Below, piece after piece: positions 22,101-36,731 of a stretch of DNA of 64,000 bases. Both the position numbers and the translations under genes were made by a program. Each line of letters opens with the position of its first letter. The stretch's first letter is position 1. The notes beneath the pieces are model-generated. The model did no database searches. It worked only from the letters and a program-made list of their open reading frames with translations, and was not told where the DNA came from. Source of the stretch: a virus (lineage: Duplodnaviria > Caudoviricetes); the IMG/VR virus record IMGVR_UViG_3300013426_000016, positions 64,001-128,000 of that record; one strand, written 5' to 3'.

Positions 22101-25100
22101 TGCACTTCTGGAGATAAAGTGATATTTTTAATATTTTTAAATATACGTGTTTTAAGTGCTTCTGAAGAATCCCTTAGATAAGAATTTGTATGAGAATGCT
22201 TATTTAAAAGTTTTAAAAAATTAGCTTTCTTTGTTTCCCATTCAGTATCTACAACTACAGGGGTTTGGAAAGTAACTGTAGCTGTACCATTTATAGCATC
22301 ACTATTTATTTTATTTGCTATATAAATAAAGGTCTCTTTATCCTGTTTTGTTCACTCACGTACTGGTTTAGAAAGATTCTCTACTATAAAAGATCTTACT
22401 CCAGTTCCATTTTCTCCCTCTACAAAATTAACTTCATTAGGTTTAAAAAGCTTAGAGGCGTAGTAGTATCCCAAATTTCTTTGTAAAGAACTTCCAGAAC
22501 GTAATGTACCGTTTTTTAATATAGAAACTGTAAGCAGATACAGCTTATCAATGTCATAGTCACTACCTGTTAAATAGGTATTTTGTTTTGGCAAATAGAT
22601 TTCATTCTTTTCGCTGTCTGTATATGCCACCACTTTAAAAGGCATATAAGACTGCATATTCTGAGTAGGAATACGTGCTCCAATATAAGTACTTGCTTCT
22701 TTAAATGATTCATATTTATCATTAGCAAGCCTCTCTACTTCTCCTAAAAATCTATTTCTTTCCTTTTCAAGATTATTAGAGTCAACATTATTTCTGTAAA
22801 TATCTTCAAAATAATCAGAGTCTATTAATTTTTCAAAATCGTCTTCAGTTGCTACATTAATATAATTATAAGAATAAGTTCCATCACTAACTGTGGCACC
22901 TTTAATACCCTCTACTCCAGAAACAATAACTTCACCATTATATCTGAAATCCTCTCCTAAGGTACTAAATGCTGGATCGTCATTAAATTGTACACTATCT
23001 GTTAAGTGAGAACCTTCTTTTCCTATCTTTACGAGGAAAGGAACTCCATTATGATAAATGACTTTATCATAAACACTTAATTGTGTTTCTTCATCTAAAC
23101 TAAAGACCACATTTTGTAAATTATTTAAAATCTTTCTCTCGAAAAATTCTGAAGAAGTTATATCCGAAATTTTATCTGTTTTTTCTATTCCGATTTTTTC
23201 AAGTTGGTATCTACCGATAATAATTTCAGCAGGAATTACTTGGCTTTCTGGGCAATAAAAAGACACATAATTAGAAGTATCACCAAAAGCATCTTGTGCA
23301 GAAATACTAGCTTTATTTGCTAAATCTCTTACATCCTCTCCAGCCCTTACAGCTTGATTAAACTGTTTTCCGAATTTAAGAGCATTTAAGAAGTCCTGGG
23401 TTAATTGATTACATTCTGCAACTGTAGTAACTCCAAGTTTTTGAATTAATGCTGCTTTCTTTTCTGCATAAGGATCATTTTTTTTAGGGTTATCTAAGTA
23501 ATGCGCAGCTCTTACAGAATCATTATTATAATAACTGTAAGTACCTAAAGAAACACTATTTCCAGTAGCATCTATACCATATACAGTATATACAGTATCA
23601 GTACCTTTTAAATTCTTAGGTGCAGCTGTATTTACATAAATAATAGCATCTGGAGCATAATCTTTTAAATTTCTTAAAATATCATAAGTTTCAAAGTTGT
23701 CTACATAGTACTTAGTAATAACTCCATTCTCCTTTATATAAACAGTATCTTCAAACTCTATTTCTCTTTTATTAATTTCTTTTAAGAAAGGATTTAATTC
23801 TCCACCTATAATCCAAGCATTACTTGCAAGATCAGCATATGAAGAGTAAAAATGATTTTCTCCTGTATAATCTAGCCCAGTAAAACCTTGTCCTTCTATA
23901 TAGGAAATTCTATCACTAAGAACAGATTTACACTGTTCATTAAATTCTGGAAATAATAACCCATTTTTATAATACATAACATTATTATAACCAGGATTCT
24001 GTACAGCAGCAAAACCTTCATATTTTCGTCTAATAGCCCCCTTATTAAATAGAGAAATTACATTTGCCACAAAGCCACCATATAAAGTAGCATCACTAAA
24101 TGGCAAAGAGAAAGATTCTCCGTTTTTAGCAGCATCTAAGAACTTTTTGGAAAATGCCTGTGCAAGACCTATTGTATCTTTACTGCCTGTAGAAAAGCTC
24201 TCAACAAAAGATCTACCAACTAGAGTATTTAAAGCCTGTCTTGCCTGTTCTTTACTTTCAACAGAAGCATCTGCATTCTTTAAAGTATCTAAAACAGAAA
24301 CAAATCTTTGTACTTTATCGTTATTCCAAACAATGTTCCCAATGTCCTCATATACTTCTCTGGCTTCTTGGAGACACAAACCACTTTCTATAAGAGAAGA
24401 AATCATCTGAGTCATTTCAGTTACTTCCCCTTCAGCAAGTTCGTGATCAGCATCCATCATAATGCCTCCATACTTAGTAGAAAGATCGAAAGTGTAGAAA
24501 GGAGTATTATCTGCAAGAGAAGAAACAGGATTAACGTTTTCTGCTCCTACTTTACATGCTGAAGTATTTACTACATAAGCTACTTGTTTATCACGTAAAT
24601 CATATCTGATAGCTATTTTTTCTAGCATATCTACACTTGCTTCATTCCCTATAAAGGAGTTACCTTCTCTAGAAAAAGTAAAGCATCCACCAAATATTTG
24701 GTCTATATCATATAAGGTGTGATTCTGTGTAGTATCATAATTCCTTCCAGCTCTAACTGTACCATCAACAGAACGAAGTTGTTGTGTATAAACTCCATTA
24801 TTCTCAGTAAAACCTATAAGTTCTTCATATTCTAAGCTTAAAGGGTTTTGTATCCAGATAGTACCGTTCTTATTAACATATTCTCAATATTCCTGTGCTA
24901 AATTAATATTCTTATTAAAATCTAAAGAATACATTTTCTGAGTCTGTAATTCAAGACTATCATTAGCGGAATAAGAAAGTCTACGCAAATTATTTGTGAT
25001 AGCATATACGGCCCATTTTAACAACACTGGAGTATTATATGCTGCATCTATATCATGTAAAATAGTCTTTTTATTTTCTCCAGCATAAGCATCCACAACA

Positions 25101-28100
25101 GAGTTGTTTTCCAAACGAGCTTGTAAAGCAGTACATCTACCAGCACCGTCTTGAGAATCGATAGTACTTTCCACTCCCTTTGGAGTAGCAACAGCAGCTT
25201 TTCTATCTTTAACTATAGCTATATGTATTTTTTCTGTTACTCCATTTGCTTTACCTTCTTCATTTAAAATTCCTTGTGCAAAAGAGTGTATAGTAGAACC
25301 ATTAATTACAGAACGCTTAATCTGATTTACATATCGACTTGCTTCTGAGAACTCTAAATAATTATCAGCATCTTTCGTTTTATTTTTATTTGGATGTGCC
25401 CACAATTCTCCTAAAGTTAAGGTATTATACTCACCATTTAAAATTAAATTTAAATAGAAATAAGTATTAGCTATACTATGTATCTCCCCATCTTTATTTA
25501 TAAAAGAAAACTCTTTAGTATTCGGATTATAAAAACCATTATAATCTTTACGATTAGCAGGTTTCCAATTAATTAAAAGATCAAAATATGAACTTTTATC
25601 GTCTCTATTAGACTTACGTTTTAAAGAGTCATCAAATCCATTTAAAATAGTAGAAGCTAAATTTCTCTTTTCCTTTGCTTTCAAGAAATTTATTCTTGTT
25701 TCCCAATTCTCTTTAGAAGAAGATGCATTTAAGAAATTATAAAAGGTTTCGTTAATACTAACTTTCTTAGTTAAATTGTTTGTAGAAGCGTGTACTTCTT
25801 CTTTAAAATTTACACCAGCATCTAAGAAAGCTTTACGCAAATCATCTACAGATCTAAAGTTTTCTGAAATATATTTATTAATCTCAGAAAGAGCTTTTAA
25901 AGCATTTTTAGCGTTAGTATCACCATCACTGGTTAAAGCCAAAGGTTTAAATACAGAAGGAAAAACTTCTGCATAATCATGTATAAGATTTCTAGCAACA
26001 AGTACATGTCTATCCCTCTTTAAGATTCTAGCTACTTCTTGCAACTTTTCCCCATTATCATTTAAAGATTCTGTTATAATATCTTTAAGTGTTTTTCCAG
26101 TGCCAAATATAGAACTGAATACTGCATTCTTAATGGTTTTATTTAATCTCCACCCCGGCAAGAAATGTCTTGCTTTATCAGAGAAAACTGCATTTTGTAA
26201 ATAAATACCATTATCTATATCAGAACCTCCAAGCAAATAAGGAAAAAAGAAATCATCAAGAATCTGCATTTTATTAAGTTCTTGCTGATTTAAAACAACT
26301 GCGGATTTAATTTTTCCATTTACTTCAACTTCATTTCTAATCTGAGGAAGAAGGAGTAAATCTTCATCGGAAAATAAAACATTATTTATTTGTGAAGTAA
26401 TAGGATTATTTTTAGCATCATATAAACAGCTCTGCCAGTTATATTCAAGACTAGTTAATTGGAATAAAGGTAATTTACTACCAGAAAGACTAGAAACAAC
26501 ACTTTTAACAGAATCACCATAAATAATACCAAGCCTCTCTCCTATTTTCAAAAATGTATTATTAAAAGACTTAATATTAATAGTACCATCCATATTATAT
26601 ATATTAGACGGTAAAAGCCCATATTTTCCCTTGGTTCTTTGTAATGCTAATTTACTGCCTATAATTACAAACGGAAGAAAGTCATTTTCCCATTTATAAT
26701 TAGTCTCTCCCATACAAGTAGCATAATCTTCCGGTAAAGTATAAGAAAAAGCATCCTGTAAAAAATCCTTTAAAATATCAGTATTTTCAGTAGTGTTACC
26801 CACTTCTATTTTATTTCCTATTTTATAATCTACAGAAAATGTTCTACCAGTTTCAGTAGTAAGAGACAACTGTTCTACGTCTCCATTTCTTGTAATTATA
26901 GGATTGTATTTAGAAATAATATTGTCAGCTACGTTAGTACTATGAATGGTATTAAATCCTCCGTTTACTATATTTTGAATAGCAAACTTTTGAGTAAGAA
27001 TCATTTTAGACTCTAAGGACTTTGCTCCAAACATACCTGTTTCATCAGTTTGATAAACTCTATAACTGGTAGGTTCTGTTTTATAAAACATTCTGCTGAA
27101 CATGTTTTTCACATAAGCAGGAGTTCTATCTCCAAATAAGAAATAATTTATACCTCTAAGTTTATTATGTATATAAGTCTGTCTAAACCTACTAAAGTCT
27201 GAAGTAGATTTGCTATTTACAGTATTAATAGAAACAAAAGCATCTATTAAATTAGACAGATTATAGGGATTATTCGGGTCTAAGAATGCACTCTCTCCTT
27301 TATGAAAACTCTCTCTGAATTTATAGGTATCTTCTCCAAATTGAGTAGTATAGAGTAATGCTTGTTTTAAAGTTTCCATTGCTCCATTATATCCAGCAGT
27401 TCCTATATAAGAAGGTAAAATACGTCCTTTAGCATCTATTTCTGGAACTAAAGAAAGAATAGTACCAGCTAGATTACTTACTTGTTTCATTATATCCGCA
27501 CTTTCATCTTTTCCGGAGTAACCAGAATAATGTTCTACCTTAGGCACTAAAGAGTATTTCGTAACACCCTCTATACCAGCTTTTAAATAACTAGGATCTA
27601 TTTTAATATAAGGACTATTATTTTGAAGTAGTGAATCAAAGTTCTTTAAAATCACATAAGCATTATATACATCTCCTTCAGAAGTAGGATTGTCATGCAA
27701 ATATTCACCGTATGCTGTAAGAACAGTATTAATAGCATTTGTCACTTCCTCATCTGAAGAATCTATATTTAAATTAGCAGGTTCGATTTTTAATGCTGCT
27801 GTAATTAAATTAAGAAGATCATTCTTAAAATTTAATATGTTTTCTTGTGCTATAGTGATATTTGTACCCTCTACAAATGCATTTCCATCTATAAAATCAT
27901 ACTCCCCATTATTTAAATTAATAGACAAAATTGTATTTGCTAAAATTCTTTCTTTAAAGAAACTCTTTAGTTGATTATACTTTGCAGTATCAGCAAAATA
28001 AGAGCCTACATCATTTTCATCTATATCTAATTGAATACTTGTTACGGGAGTTTTAGAAGAAGGGGGAGGTGTAACAGTCTCCCCCTTAATCCAATTCTTA

Positions 28101-28234
28101 ACAGTATTCAGAGCAACTTCGGGATCAGTGAACGCTTTTGCGAACTCTTCTCCCAATCTTTCTGGATCGTTTTTATATGCTTCATATAAAGCATAAGCAC
28201 GAATAAAAAGTTTGTCAGAATATTTACACTGCAT
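19181..28234 (-). CDS. Virion-packaged DNA-dependent RNA polymerase, 3017 aa, with C-terminal zincin-like motif
   Basis: Three ORFs join across TGA 24884 and 22352; catalytic GSDYDIDK (about 22543-22567), GARIPTQ, ADNAKD, SQDG; HELSH...EEEVL near the C-terminus. Confidence 0.92.
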
Positions 28235-28249
28235 AATTTTTATTTAAAT

Positions 28250-31200
28250 TTAACAACTCATAATTTCTTCAAATTTAGCAATTTTTTCTGCGATTTCAAA
28301 ATCAGAAGCAATAGTAGAAAGTACTTTAGAACGCATTCCCTTTAAGTCCTTAGGCTGTATATTAAAGAGTCTATAAGCAATATATTCTTCCCCAGTATAA
28401 TACATAGCAGAATTAACTATATCGCCCTCACCCTTTTTAAATACATAATTCTTATATCCATTTTCTGTATAATAAAAGGCATTTCTACTACCTATAAATA
28501 AATTGGAAACCCTCCGCTCAAATGGATTCATACTATCTATAAAATAAGTTTCTTCTTCATAAAGTATATCCATACCATAAGTCTCTTTAAACCAGGACTT
28601 TATATTATTCTCATCAGTAAATGTTATTTTAAATTCTCCATTCTCTTCTACTATTTGAGCATATAACCAAGTATTACTCTTCTTCTTTAATTGTATATTA
28701 GCATCTTCGATAGAAGAAGCCGTTATATTAAGATTATTATCATTTATAAACTTCTGAAGAGGACTAATAGTAGGAGCTGGACTAACCTTTGGTGCAAGAG
28801 CAGGGCTTGGTTCTGGTGCAGGTGTAGGAGCAGGTTTAGCTGCTGGCTTACTTGGATTTCCAGTCTTTATATTAACTGCATAAGTACGCATACTCTGTAT
28901 TTCTGCATTAACATAATAAATCTTATTTCCTGGGTCTAAAATAGTATAATAAGAATTAGGTGCAGCACTGTCTTTAATACCTTTATCGTCCAAGAAAATA
29001 CCGTATTTTGCCACATTGTTAGTGATAGCTTTAGAGATATTCTCTTTTTCATTAGGTGCTATATTTTCGGAAATAAAAGCAAGCGTTCAATTAGAAGAGT
29101 AATTGTGATCATAATGAATTACATTTCCATTTTTTGTATAATCATGCATACCACGTAAAGTGATGGCTGGAATATTATTTTCATTATAATCTTTAAAAGC
29201 AGCTTTAAATAAGAGTTCAAAGTTTATAACTTCTCCTGCTTTAGGGCCAACTTTACCTAAAGAACGTAATTTACCGCTGTCTAAAGTAACCCAATGTAGT
29301 TCTCCATTAATATTTCCTATACTTACTTTATTCTTTCCAAGAGTAATATCTAACCAATGAACGTCTTTATGTCCATTCTGATTTAAAGGATTTAAGAAGC
29401 CAGATAACGCAAAAGCTGTATTTTTACTATATAAAGCACAAATACCAACTATAGCATCTGTTTTATTTTTAGAAATCAGTTGTCGTATTTTACCCTTTTC
29501 TCCATCGCTCCTAAGTAAAGTAGCATTTGCTATAGCTTCGATAGGTGCGGTATCTCCAGATTCTCCATTAGTACTAATTAAAACCTCTTTATTTGAAGAA
29601 TAACCTGCTAGTTTTCTATACTGATTAATAGCTTCTAATAAAGTATCGAAATCTACTAAACTTTGAATACCGACTAAAGTATACTCTTGATAATCAGTAA
29701 CAGACTTTCCATCAGCATCAGTTTTAAATACTCCATGCTCTGTATCTGAATCCAAAATCTTTTCTTTAATGGCAAGTTCACAAGTAATAGGACACATTAC
29801 TTTACCATTATTTTCTCGAACATATTTAGCGGTACGTTCATCCAAATTACTTAAAGAATCTTCAGAATGTACAGTAATAACTCCAGATTTTTCTCCAGCA
29901 TAAAAACCATTTTCTTTTAAGAAATCATTTAAAGGAATATGAGTAGTAGCTTCTTTAGTTATACTATCAGGTTTTACCAAGTCTATAGTACCTTTATATT
30001 CCCCAAAGTAAGAATTCCCTTGTATAAGTAATACCGGAATATCGAAATAATTTCCATTTGCACTATAAAAACGATAACTAATTAAACTTAAATCTTTTTC
30101 ATATGGACTTATCCAAGTTGTTGTATAACCTCCATTTAAGAAGGTTTTTAAAGCCATATCTATATAAAGGTTTTTAGTAGTTACTACAGATGGATCATAT
30201 AAACCAGTTCTTACATAAGAACCGATTCTTTCCACAAAATTATTTCAAACCAACGGGTCTTTAAAACCATCCGCTAATTCTGGGACAGTTCTAATATCCT
30301 TATATGAATTTTCTTGTCCATCCCATTTAAGTCCAAATGCATTAATCCGTGGATAATAAAAAGCTCTGCCAATAAAGTCTCCTTTTTTAGCCTTTCTTAA
30401 TTGTCCATTAAAACTTACATCTAAGTCCAAAGGAGTAAGTTTACCAAGTTCTTCAAAAATCTCTTTACTTCCTTTATATGGAGAAGCAAACATTTTATTT
30501 AGAACATTTAAACCAGGTTGTCCATAAACACGAGAAACTATTTTTTCTAGTTTTCTATGCACTGGATTTAATGGGTTCTTCAAATCATCTAAAGATAAAG
30601 AAGAATCTATACTCTTTTTCAACTCTCTTCCAATATAAGGAAAACTATTATCAAGAAGAGCATAAAACTCGCTCGAAGTAGTTATCCCCTCTGAAGAATT
30701 AAAGTAAGCTTCAAAACCAGAAAGCTTCTTTCTCTTTGGTTTTGCAGGAGGAACTTGCGGAGGAGGCGTTATTTCTCCTGTTTCTGGAGGAGGTGTAGTT
30801 CCTTCTATTTCCGCTTTCAAACTATCCAAATACCCTTGGTCATCAATAGGAGAAGACTCTGGTGCAGAATTAACTGAAACTGGAGTTGCTGCTCCATACA
30901 TTTGGTTTATATACTCTTCAAAATCTTTCTGTTGTGCTTCAGCATCAGAAGTAGGTGTTCCTTCATCAGTACCACTTTCAGTAGTAACAGATGTATTTGG
31001 AGCAGCAGTCTGAACTGTAGGAACATTTGTTGGGGTTGTAGGAGTATTTGTAGTAGTATTTGTAGTAGGAGTGGTAGCATTTGTAGCAGCAGTAACATTT
31101 GCAGTAGGAGTAGGCGTTGTAGAAGCAGGTGTAACAGAAGAAGGGATATTACTGTCCTCAAAAAGTTTTGGGAATTCTTGTCCCATATAAGGCTGTAAAA

Positions 31201-34200
31201 CATCTTCCATCCACTTCATAAAGGAATCTCTTTCTGTATCTGAAATTATAGACACTTGTGCTTTAGTTTCATCTGGAACAAAATTAAAGAGACTATCTCC
31301 TTCTATTTTAATTACAGATCCTTTTCTAGAACGCTGAGTAATAGTATACAAGTCTTGTGTAAATAAATATGAATCTATCTTCCCATTTCTAGAATCAACC
31401 TCTTTAAAGTCTACATCAGAAATAACATAATCATATTCTCCACCAGCACGCTTTTCGTAAGGAATAGTAAATACTTTTCCTGGTACTTCAAACTGCTTGT
31501 ATTTATTTGTTCCTGTATAAATAATACCTACCGTACCCAACTTAGAAAGATTATTTATATAAGTCTCTAAGTCTTTAGAAGAAGATACTTTCATATCTCC
31601 AAATACTTCTCCAGTGTTTTTATCCTCCCAATAATATAAGTCTCGTGATTTTAAATTACTATTAAGAAGATTACTTCTTTCTGATAATGGCATTTCTGGA
31701 TGCTCTGTTGCTATATTAATTACGGCATCTAAAGCATTAGCCATTAAATTAGTATTTTCCTTCTTAGCGAGGGTCTGAGCACGCATAGAAGTGGTTAAAG
31801 TAGGAGTTTTTACAAAATAAGTATCCTCTAAACCAGAAGTTCTAAACTCTGTTTTACCTTCATTTTTAGCTCTAAAAGTAGTACTCGGTTGTTTTAAATC
31901 CCCCATACCAATGATAAAAATACCATGTCGTTGGGCATCAGCACTTAAACGAGTTAATTCAGCTTCAGAAAGAGTTTCTATTTCATCTACTACCAATAAT
32001 TTAATAGGAGCATTTACATCAAAAGCAGTGCCCTTAAAAGAAAGAGCATTATTAGAAAGTAAATGGCCATTTTTTATCACATAAGAATCTGGAGAAATAC
32101 TTTCACCATAAACTAATTTAAGATAATCATCAATATTATAAGCACGAGAATTTGGAGAAGCACCATCTCTAACGTTATCTGCTTGCTCTTGTTCCCTTGC
32201 TACAAAAATTACTTCTGGTTTTCCTCCAGTATTTGTAACAGTATCTAAAATAGTTTTAATTACGCCAATAGTTTTACCAGAACCAGCACTTCCTAAAACA
32301 GTAGCTAAGTTGTATAAAGGTAGTTTATCATTAACATAAACCTTAAATACATCATTAATTTTTGGGTCTATAACTGCTGACTTCTTTATTTCAGACAAGA
32401 TACCATTAAATACAGTAGGACTTTTAATTTGTGCTAAAATTTGTCTAGTAGCATACTCCTGTCCATATATAGGAATGATACCTTTTCCATCTTTCTTATA
32501 GGTATCAATAGTTCCAGCATAGGCTCTATAAAACTCTGTAGGAGAAATAGAAGTAATAGTAGCTAAATGATAAATTAAATCTAATGGACTTATTTTAGTT
32601 TCCGGATCAGCATTTAATAATGTATTTGGAGCATTATACAAGCTCTTAACATTAAAATTACTTAAAATATCTTTAACAACTTCTTCTGGAGTCTTACCTG
32701 TATATTTATCATAAATTTTCTGTTCAAAGTCAATAAAATGATTTTCCCAAGCAGCATAAGTATCTTCGGTAGGATTAAATGAATAATCCCCCCACATATC
32801 TTTATACTCTTGTGAAAGATCAGTTAAGCTCTTTGCCCATTTAGCACCCATATTAAGTGCGGTATCCTTATGTACTCTAAGAGTTTTAGCAGAATTTACA
32901 GCAGATAAGGCTCTTAAATAAGCAATCTCCCCTTCATAGTACTGAGCTTGTTGGAGTATATGTTTTGCTGCGCGTTCAGATAAAATAGGTAATTTAGAAA
33001 GAGTATCTCCATCTATATGCTTAAAGTTATTAATTATATCATTAGTACCATCAGCGGCACCAGTAACAACAGCACGTATAACTTTAAATACAGGATCGAG
33101 TTTTTCTGAACTCAAACTGTCTTTAATAATAGGATTCTGCATTATATAATCTTGCAGTGTTTCAGAGGAGATTACATTCTTTCTTTCTTTTTCTAGAACA
33201 TCAAATAAAGAAAGAGTTTCTGCATCAGTCCCTATATTCTTTGCAAGTTCTATAAAGGCAGAGTAATTAATTTCATTCTTTAACTCGGAAAACTCCTGAA
33301 CTATATCAACTATATTTTTACCTCCAATTACAGGTAACAAGGTATTTAAAAACTCATTTAAATAAGATTCATTTCCAGAGTCTAAAAGTTTACTCTTATT
33401 TTTAATAATGTCTTGTAATTCAGTGTAGTACTTCATTACATTTACATCATTTCCTAAAGAGTCTACTAAAGCATCAACAGTCTTTTTAATAGAGGCTTCG
33501 GCTGAATTTCCTTGTATAAACCATTCTGGATCGTAAGGATCAATAGCAGTAGCTAAAGCAACTTTCGGTATAACATTCCCATCATCATCGTAGTATTTTT
33601 CTACAAGATTAAAATAAGCTTGCATCCAAGTATTTGCTCCACCACTTGCTTTATATGCCTTTTTAATACCATCATAGAAAGCATTTAATTCTCCATCATC
33701 AAATCTATACTTAGACTTATCTGCTTGATACTGAGTTAATAAACTATTTAATAAAGCATTTGTAATTTTACTCTTAGAAGGAACTTTATCATCAAATAAA
33801 AGAAGTTTATTTTTCTCGTTAGAACCCTCTATAAATAAATCTAAATCTTCAGCAAGAGAAGCTTCAGATATGGCTAATTCTGGATTATTAATAACTGTTA
33901 AAAGCTTTTTACTTAATTCCGTTAAAGAAGATTGTAAAGAAAGTTTTTCTTGCTCTTCTTCTGGAGTTAAATTTTGTTTGTCTTCTAATTGTTTATAACG
34001 TTGTAATTGCTGTTCTTGTTCTGCTTGTATATTAGCCAAGTCAGAAAGTCCAAGTAAAGTAGGAACATTATTCTGATCAAAAGTCTCGTCTAATTGTTTA
34101 CCTTGGGCTTCTATAGGAGCAACAAATTTAGAAGATAAATCTAAATATAAATCGTATGCTTTATAAACATTATTTCTACCTTCAGTATCCAAATAGTTTT

Positions 34201-36730
34201 TATGCTCTTCTTTAATTTTATTTTGCTGCTCGTCTGTGAAAGAATTTAAACCTCGCCCATATCTGGTTTTAACATATGTGTCTAATGAGAGATCTACAAA
34301 GTTCTTATTTAAATTACTATCAGCTGCGAAAAGAGCTTGTCCACTGTAATAACGATTTTTTGCACCATTAAAGAAAGCTTCTTTCTCTTTTCTTAACTTC
34401 TTTAATTTTTCTTGTAATTGCTTTACTTGTGAGTCTTCTTCTATTCCTTCTGCAACAGTTTTTCTTTCATCTTGTGTTTCAGCAGGTTTCTCTGATAATT
34501 CTTGAACTCGTGCTTGTAAAGCAATTTTTGTTTTAACAAGGTCTGTTAAATTATCATATAGAGCATTTTGGAAATTATTATAGTCTTTTAATGCAACTAA
34601 AGTACTAGTGCCTATCAGCTTAGGATTTTTTAAGATTTCATTAGTATCATAACCTAAAACACGAAGCTGATCCATACCCTCTTTAGACATATAACGCAAG
34701 TCTATTTCTTGATTAATAGCTTGCTCATAAGTGTCTAAAGTATTTTTTAAAGTTTTATATACAGCATCGTTCTGATTTATTCCAGTAGTTTTTGGTATAA
34801 ACCTCTCTTGGCCATCTAAAGTTTTAGTAACTTCTCCATCTATGGACAAATCTTCACTTCCCAGCAACCCTTTCTCGTGCCATCTGTCTAAATAATAATC
34901 GATTTCACTTCTTTTACCTGTAGCTATATAATATATAAGTTTTTCTATATCAGGTAATTCTGTAGGACTCTGACCAGTTAATTTATTATTAAGCCATTTT
35001 TCATAGCGATGTTGCCCAGCGAAAATCATTCCACTCAAGAAACCTCCACCAAAAGACGCTATATATCTTTGTATTATATCAGAAACACTAAAACCAAAAT
35101 CTATCGGTTCATCATCTTTAGTAGTTTTAATTCCTAATGCATCTAAAGCAGTTGTAGTAGCCTTTACAAGGTCTGTAGTAACTTCTTCCATGGTTTCCTC
35201 AGCACCTTCAGAAAAACCTCTATTAATTAAACCAGGAACACCTTTTTTAGAAAGACCTTTAAGCATTGTATCCTGGTAAAAATTAGAAACTTTATTTAAG
35301 AAAGTAGCTGCTTTCTGTGGCGTTTCTAATCTAGCAGCATTTGCTAAAGCATCCGCAGTTTCTCTAGAGACTCCTCTTACAGCAGAACGAATTTCACTTT
35401 CATCCATAAAAGTATCTTTAAAGAGATTGTCTCTAAAGTAATCGATATTCATTAATTTATAAAGAGCCAGTGTACTAGCAAGCATTCCCAAAGAAGCAGT
35501 AGTATCATTAGCACCGGCTTCCTTAAATGCTCCATAAGTTTCTTGTGCAGAGGTAGCAGCCATATAAGCAAGAGAGAGATTCTTACTTACATCAGAAACG
35601 GATTTTAAATCTTTAACGCCATTAGCTTTTGCAATTAAAGTAGGAAGAGTGGAAACCGCACGCTGTTCAAATAACTGTTTAGAAATATCAGCTACCAAGT
35701 TTCCTATGTTTTCAAAAGATACAAAGTGATCTCTTCCATAGTCAGAAGCAGTAGTATCATATGCAGCAGCTCTATTCTCCCAATTAGTAAGAAATTCTCC
35801 TATAGAATTATCGTTTGTACCCGATATAAGACCATTAACAGTTTTACCAAAAACAGGCATTACTCGAGCAATTGCATTAGCCGCACTTACATAACCATAA
35901 ACTTCTCCAACATAAGGTATAAATAAAGGAGCTACTTTAGCTACTAATTCTAAGGCTACTTTACCAGCTCCTTTCTTTACATCATCACTATCGAAAATAT
36001 CTACTTTGTTTCATTTAGAGCCATCTACAGTAAGTATATCACTTCTGCGAAGTAGATCCTTGCCATACATTTCTCTACCAGAAAGAGTTTCATAATAAGG
36101 TTTTCCTTCTGCATTAAATTTTAAATCTCCCGCTTTATGTGGAATTGTAATGCCATTTTCTTCATGTGTACCATCTTCATCCCACTGTGCTAAAGCCATA
36201 GAAGGTAAAGAGAACCAACTAAACAACCCTGCTTTATCATTTGGCGTATAATCAAGTTCTTCTCCCGTTTCATAATCAACTACTTTCTGAGTTTGTGCAA
36301 TCTCACGCACACTCAATTTATTCTTTTTTCCAGAAAGTTCCGTTATATAAGAAATACCTTGTGAGTAATCAAAAGGTTTTTGGTCTACAATCATTATAGG
36401 ACTTGTATCCCTTTTAATTGCATCTGCTGGAGCATACCAAGCATCTGGACCAAAAGAAAGATTTCTTGTTATATTATCAAATAAAGAGTCTTCTGCCATA
36501 GTAGCATACTGTATCTGAGCATCTTTATAAACAGAGTCAAATTTCTTTTGGTCAAATTCTCCTGTAGGAGTTTTAAAAGCATCTACAACTTTAGGCATAG
36601 CCATATACTCCTCCTTAGTAAGCAAGGAGGAGTTTTCGGCAGTGATTCCAGCATCTTTAAAGTCAACTAAAGAAAGTTCTGGATTCTTTGTTATTATGGC
36701 TAAAAAATCATTCTTTTTTGTTTCATTCAT
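28250..36730 (-). CDS. Giant virion cargo/ejection protein, 2826 aa, with SF1 helicase-like domain
   Basis: Four ORFs join across TGA 36011, 30245 and 29087; GSAGSGKT, VVDEIE, GDLKQP, LYTITQRSRKG; hydrophobic segments near the N-terminus; Pro/Thr linkers. Confidence 0.87.
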
Positions 36731-36731
36731 A

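Noticed and set aside
30990-31140. gtagtag/gtagcag low-complexity DNA repeat
   Set aside because: Explained by the Thr/Pro-rich linker of the 2826-aa protein.
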